Notes under the pieces: model-generated | Database searches by the model: none | What the model saw: the letters and a program-made list of their open reading frames with translations, nothing else | Told to the model about the DNA's origin: nothing | Shown here: piece after piece, positions 61,478 through 64,000 of the stretch | Position numbering within the stretch: the stretch's first letter is position 1 | How the letters are laid out: every line of letters starts with the position of its first letter | Assembly (NCBI GenBank): GCA_945889495.1 | Contig: CAMDBU010000004.1 | Coordinates: 5,176 to 69,175, forward strand | DNA from: Syntrophobacter sp. SbD2 | Lineage (GTDB): Bacteria; Desulfobacterota; Binatia; UBA9968 | DNA: 64,000 nucleotides | Direction: 5' to 3' | Translations under genes and position numbers: made by a program

Positions 61478-62020
61478 TCAGATCATCACGCGTGCCGGTT
61501 CATGGGACGGCTCGTCGCCGTTGCGCAAACTCTTGATGCGCTTGCGGGTGTAGAGTTCGCGTTTTAAGCGGCTGATCCGGTCGATGAATAGTTTGCCGTC
61601 GAGATGATCGATCTCATGTTGCAGCGCCACCGCGAGTAGGCCATCGGCTTCGATTTTAATTTCCCGCTCATGTTCATCGAAGGCTTTGACTTGCACCTGG
61701 GCGGCGCGCTTCACATCGGCGGTGAACTCGACGACGCTGAGACAGCCTTCTTCCCAGATCACTTCGCCTTCGGCGTGGGTGATCACCGGATTGATCAATT
61801 TAAGAACTTGCTTGCCGGGATTTTCATGGTCGGTGTCGAGGACGACCACCCGCTGCGAGACGCCGACCTGCGGCGCGGCTAGACCGACCCCTGGGGCGGC
61901 GTACATGGTGTCGAGCATGTCGCTCACCAGCTGGACGGTTTTCGCGCTAAAATCCCGCACCGGCAAGGCGACCTTTTTAAGCCGCGGATCGGGGTATTTC
62001 AAAATTTCCAAAATCGCCAT
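61478..62020 (-). CDS. def: peptide deformylase
   Basis: Start chosen at MAILEILKYPDPRLKK (180 aa). It has GVGLAAPQ, EGCLS and HEIDHL. The longer ORF would overlap priA. Confidence 0.95.
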   Translation of the reverse strand: MAILEILKYPDPRLKKVALPVRDFSAKTVQLVSDMLDTMYAAPGVGLAAPQVGVSQRVVVLDTDHENPGKQVLKLINPVITHAEGEVIWEEGCLSVVEFTADVKRAAQVQVKAFDEHEREIKIEADGLLAVALQHEIDHLDGKLFIDRISRLKRELYTRKRIKSLRNGDEPSHEPARVMI

Positions 62021-62033
62021 AACTGGCTGAAAT

Positions 62034-64000
62034 TCATAACATACTGTAGGGATCGACATCAATCTGGAGGCGCCCGCCGCGGCGATCCGGCAGGAGCCGG
62101 CGGGCATGGCCGGCAAACTCCAAGAGGGTCGCGCTATTTTTGCCCTTGAGTAGGAGCTGCCAGCGATAGCGGTTGCGTAATTTTTCAATCGGCGCGGCGG
62201 CTGGGCCGAGGATTTCAATGCTCGCGGTGAATTTTTTTTCCTGGCTATGCAGCTGGCGCAGCTGCGCAGCCAACGACTTGGCGCGCTGTTCCACTTCCTC
62301 GGCCTTCGCTCCATCGAAGCGCAGATTGATCAAGCGGGCGAAGGGCGGATAGTTGAGCGCTTGGCGAAACTCGCGTTCGACGGCGAAGAAGCCTTTGTAA
62401 TCATGGTTGGGCAAATGCTGTATCGCATAATGATCCGGCGAATAAGTCTGAATCACCATGCGGCCGGGATCGTTGCCCCGGCCGGCCCGGCCGGCGACTT
62501 GGCTGAGCAACTGAAAAGTCCGCTCGCCGGCGCGAAAGTCGGGCAGATTCAACGATAGATCGGCGGACAGCGCACCGACCAAAGTCACGCCGGCGACATC
62601 ATGGCCTTTGGTGATCATCTGGGTGCCGACGAGGATATCAATTTCGCCGCGCTCCCAGCGCCGGATCAAGACTTCCTGGGAGCCGCGCTGGCTGGTAGTG
62701 TCGCGGTCCATGCGCGCGATTCTGGCCTCGGGAATGAGTTCGCGCAAAGCTTCTTCGACTTGCTCGGTGCCGCTGCCCACCGGCGCCAGGCTGGGGTTGT
62801 TACACTCGGGACAAACCTCGCTCATGGCGCGGCGATAATCGCAATGGTGACAAGCCAGCATGCGCCGGCGCAGATGCAGCGTCAACGTCACGCTGCAATG
62901 GGGGCAATGCCAAACATGACCGCATAGGCCGCATTGCAAAAAATTGGCGAAGCCGCGGCGATTGAGAAATATCAACGTCTGTCGTTTGTCGAGAAAATTT
63001 TGCTTGATGGCCGCGGCAAAACTTTCCGCCATCAAGCGCGGCTTGGCCGGCTTTTTTACGATCTTCGCTGCGGGCTCGCTGGGGTTCTTGGGCGCTGCCG
63101 GGGTAACGAACTGGTAGCGCATGTCGATGGTTTCCACCGTCGGCAAGGGACGTTTTTCAACCCGCTCGGTCAGTTCAAGTAATTTGTAGCGGCCCTGGCG
63201 GCAATTTTCATAACTTTCCAGGGCCGGCGTGGCCGAGCCCAACAGCACTGGGCAGCCCAACTGCTTGGCGCGCACCACGGCGACATCGCGGCCGTTGTAG
63301 CGCAGACCTTCGTCCTGTTTGTACGAAGAGTCATGTTCTTCATCGACGACGATGAGCCCGAGATTGGCGAGCGGCGCGAAGATCGCCGAGCGCGCGCCGA
63401 CCACGACGTCGACCTCGCCGCGCAAAATGCGCCACCACTGAGCCCAACGTTCGGCGCCGGTGAGCGCACTGTGCAGGATGCCGACCTTGCCGGGAAACTG
63501 GCGCTCCATTTGATCTAACAGCTGGGGCGTCAGGGAGATTTCCGGAATGAGAATAATACTACCCCGGCCTTGAGCCCGGGCATGCTCCATGGCGCGCAGA
63601 TAAACTTCGGTCTTGCCGCTGCCGGTGATGCCATGGAGCAAGAAAGTTTCAAAGCCTCCCTGGTCGATCCTCGCCGTGACTACGTCCAAGGCGCACCGCT
63701 GTTCGCCATTGAGTTCGAGCCCGGCGGGCGCGGTGATGGCAGTGGCATCGGTCGATGGCAACGGCGCTTTGCGCCGCCGGAGTTTGGCTAAGTGCTCGGC
63801 TTGGCTGACCACGCCGATTGATTCGAGCCTGGCCAAAGCCCGGTCGATGCGCCGACCGGGGAACAGGCCGATCAATGTTTTCGCGCCGACTTTGCCTTTG
63901 CGCTTTTGCAGCTCGCGCAAAATCTCGCCCTCCAACTCGTCTTCCAGCATGGCATCGGGTTGGCGCAGGGTTATGGTCCGTTTGCTATCGCGGCGCGAGG
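62034..64000 (-). CDS. priA: primosomal protein N' (PriA helicase), N-terminus outside the window
   Basis: The frame stays open to base 64000. It has the Walker A GITGSGKTEVYL, DEEH, and the Cys-rich zinc region CGLCGHVWHCPHCSVTLT...CHHCDY...CPEC. Confidence 0.9.
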   Translation of the reverse strand, partial: SRRDSKRTITLRQPDAMLEDELEGEILRELQKRKGKVGAKTLIGLFPGRRIDRALARLESIGVVSQAEHLAKLRRRKAPLPSTDATAITAPAGLELNGEQRCALDVVTARIDQGGFETFLLHGITGSGKTEVYLRAMEHARAQGRGSIILIPEISLTPQLLDQMERQFPGKVGILHSALTGAERWAQWWRILRGEVDVVVGARSAIFAPLANLGLIVVDEEHDSSYKQDEGLRYNGRDVAVVRAKQLGCPVLLGSATPALESYENCRQGRYKLLELTERVEKRPLPTVETIDMRYQFVTPAAPKNPSEPAAKIVKKPAKPRLMAESFAAAIKQNFLDKRQTLIFLNRRGFANFLQCGLCGHVWHCPHCSVTLTLHLRRRMLACHHCDYRRAMSEVCPECNNPSLAPVGSGTEQVEEALRELIPEARIARMDRDTTSQRGSQEVLIRRWERGEIDILVGTQMITKGHDVAGVTLVGALSADLSLNLPDFRAGERTFQLLSQVAGRAGRGNDPGRMVIQTYSPDHYAIQHLPNHDYKGFFAVEREFRQALNYPPFARLINLRFDGAKAEEVEQRAKSLAAQLRQLHSQEKKFTASIEILGPAAAPIEKLRNRYRWQLLLKGKNSATLLEFAGHARRLLPDRRGGRLQIDVDPYSML

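Noticed and set aside
61478-62314. The 278-aa version of the def ORF with a 98-residue N-terminal extension.
   Set aside because: The extension overlaps the 3' end of priA in another frame and is Arg/Ser-rich. A canonical deformylase N-terminus (MAILEILKYPDPRL) starts at 62020.

Overview
This is a 64-kb chromosomal window from a moderately GC-rich bacterium. I cannot assign a taxon from sequence alone. The split atpZ-atpI-atpB-atpE operon, sigma54/PilR-type pilin control, a Ste24-like M48 protease, a two-subunit 2-oxoacid:ferredoxin oxidoreductase and PpdK give it a Deltaproteobacteria-like or uncultured-lineage flavour. The window spans the replication-origin region: dnaA-dnaN with DnaA boxes, a DnaA-trio-like tract and an AT-rich element. 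I call about 60 protein genes, 2 tRNAs (Thr-CGU, Pro-CGG), several intrinsic terminators, one good sigma54 promoter, some weaker promoter guesses and a few repeat elements. I saw no rRNA, CRISPR array, transposase, integrase or prophage genes. Gene blocks in order: (1) 1-5.3 kb, small catabolic set (acyl-CoA ligase 3' end, class II aldolase, solute-binding protein, PhtD-like decarboxylase, SDR, PEP-mutase/isocitrate-lyase family). (2) 5.3-8.3 kb, dnaN, dnaA and origin signals. (3) 8.3-11.5 kb, hemL and the F0 genes atpZ/I/B/E. (4) 11.5-20.7 kb, a tightly packed minus-strand array: dCMP deaminase, DUF62 SAM hydrolase, deoxyhypusine-synthase-like, SIS isomerase, bicupin, DegT aminotransferase, SAMHD1-like HD protein, divergent archease, an uncalled zinc-ribbon ORF, larB, thiL. 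(5) 20.8-27.2 kb, lon, dnaJ, dnaK, grpE. (6) 27.4-30.9 kb, recO and ppdK. (7) 31-42.8 kb, a type IVa pilus locus (pilB, pilC, membrane-anchored sigma54 activator, pilA) directly followed by two GT-C glycosyltransferases, a methyltransferase and a GtrB/CsbB-like GT2. (8) 43-50 kb, accessory-looking genes (SH3b protein, orphan HEPN, DapA-like, tRNA-Thr, chrB/chrA/SOD, Mo-binding protein, isochorismatase). (9) 50-64 kb, korAB, CBS protein, clpS-clpA, M48 protease, tRNA-Pro, and rpe, rsmB, fmt, def, priA. The two most interesting observations are the receiver-less, membrane-embedded sigma54 enhancer-binding protein sitting where pilS-pilR normally lie, and the pilin gene coupled to a lipid-carrier-type periplasmic glycosylation gene set. 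Secondary ones are a 101-codon CxxC...CxxC ORF with no canonical start codon wedged against a divergent archease, and the origin architecture. All functional calls come from motif recognition by eye. No database search was possible.
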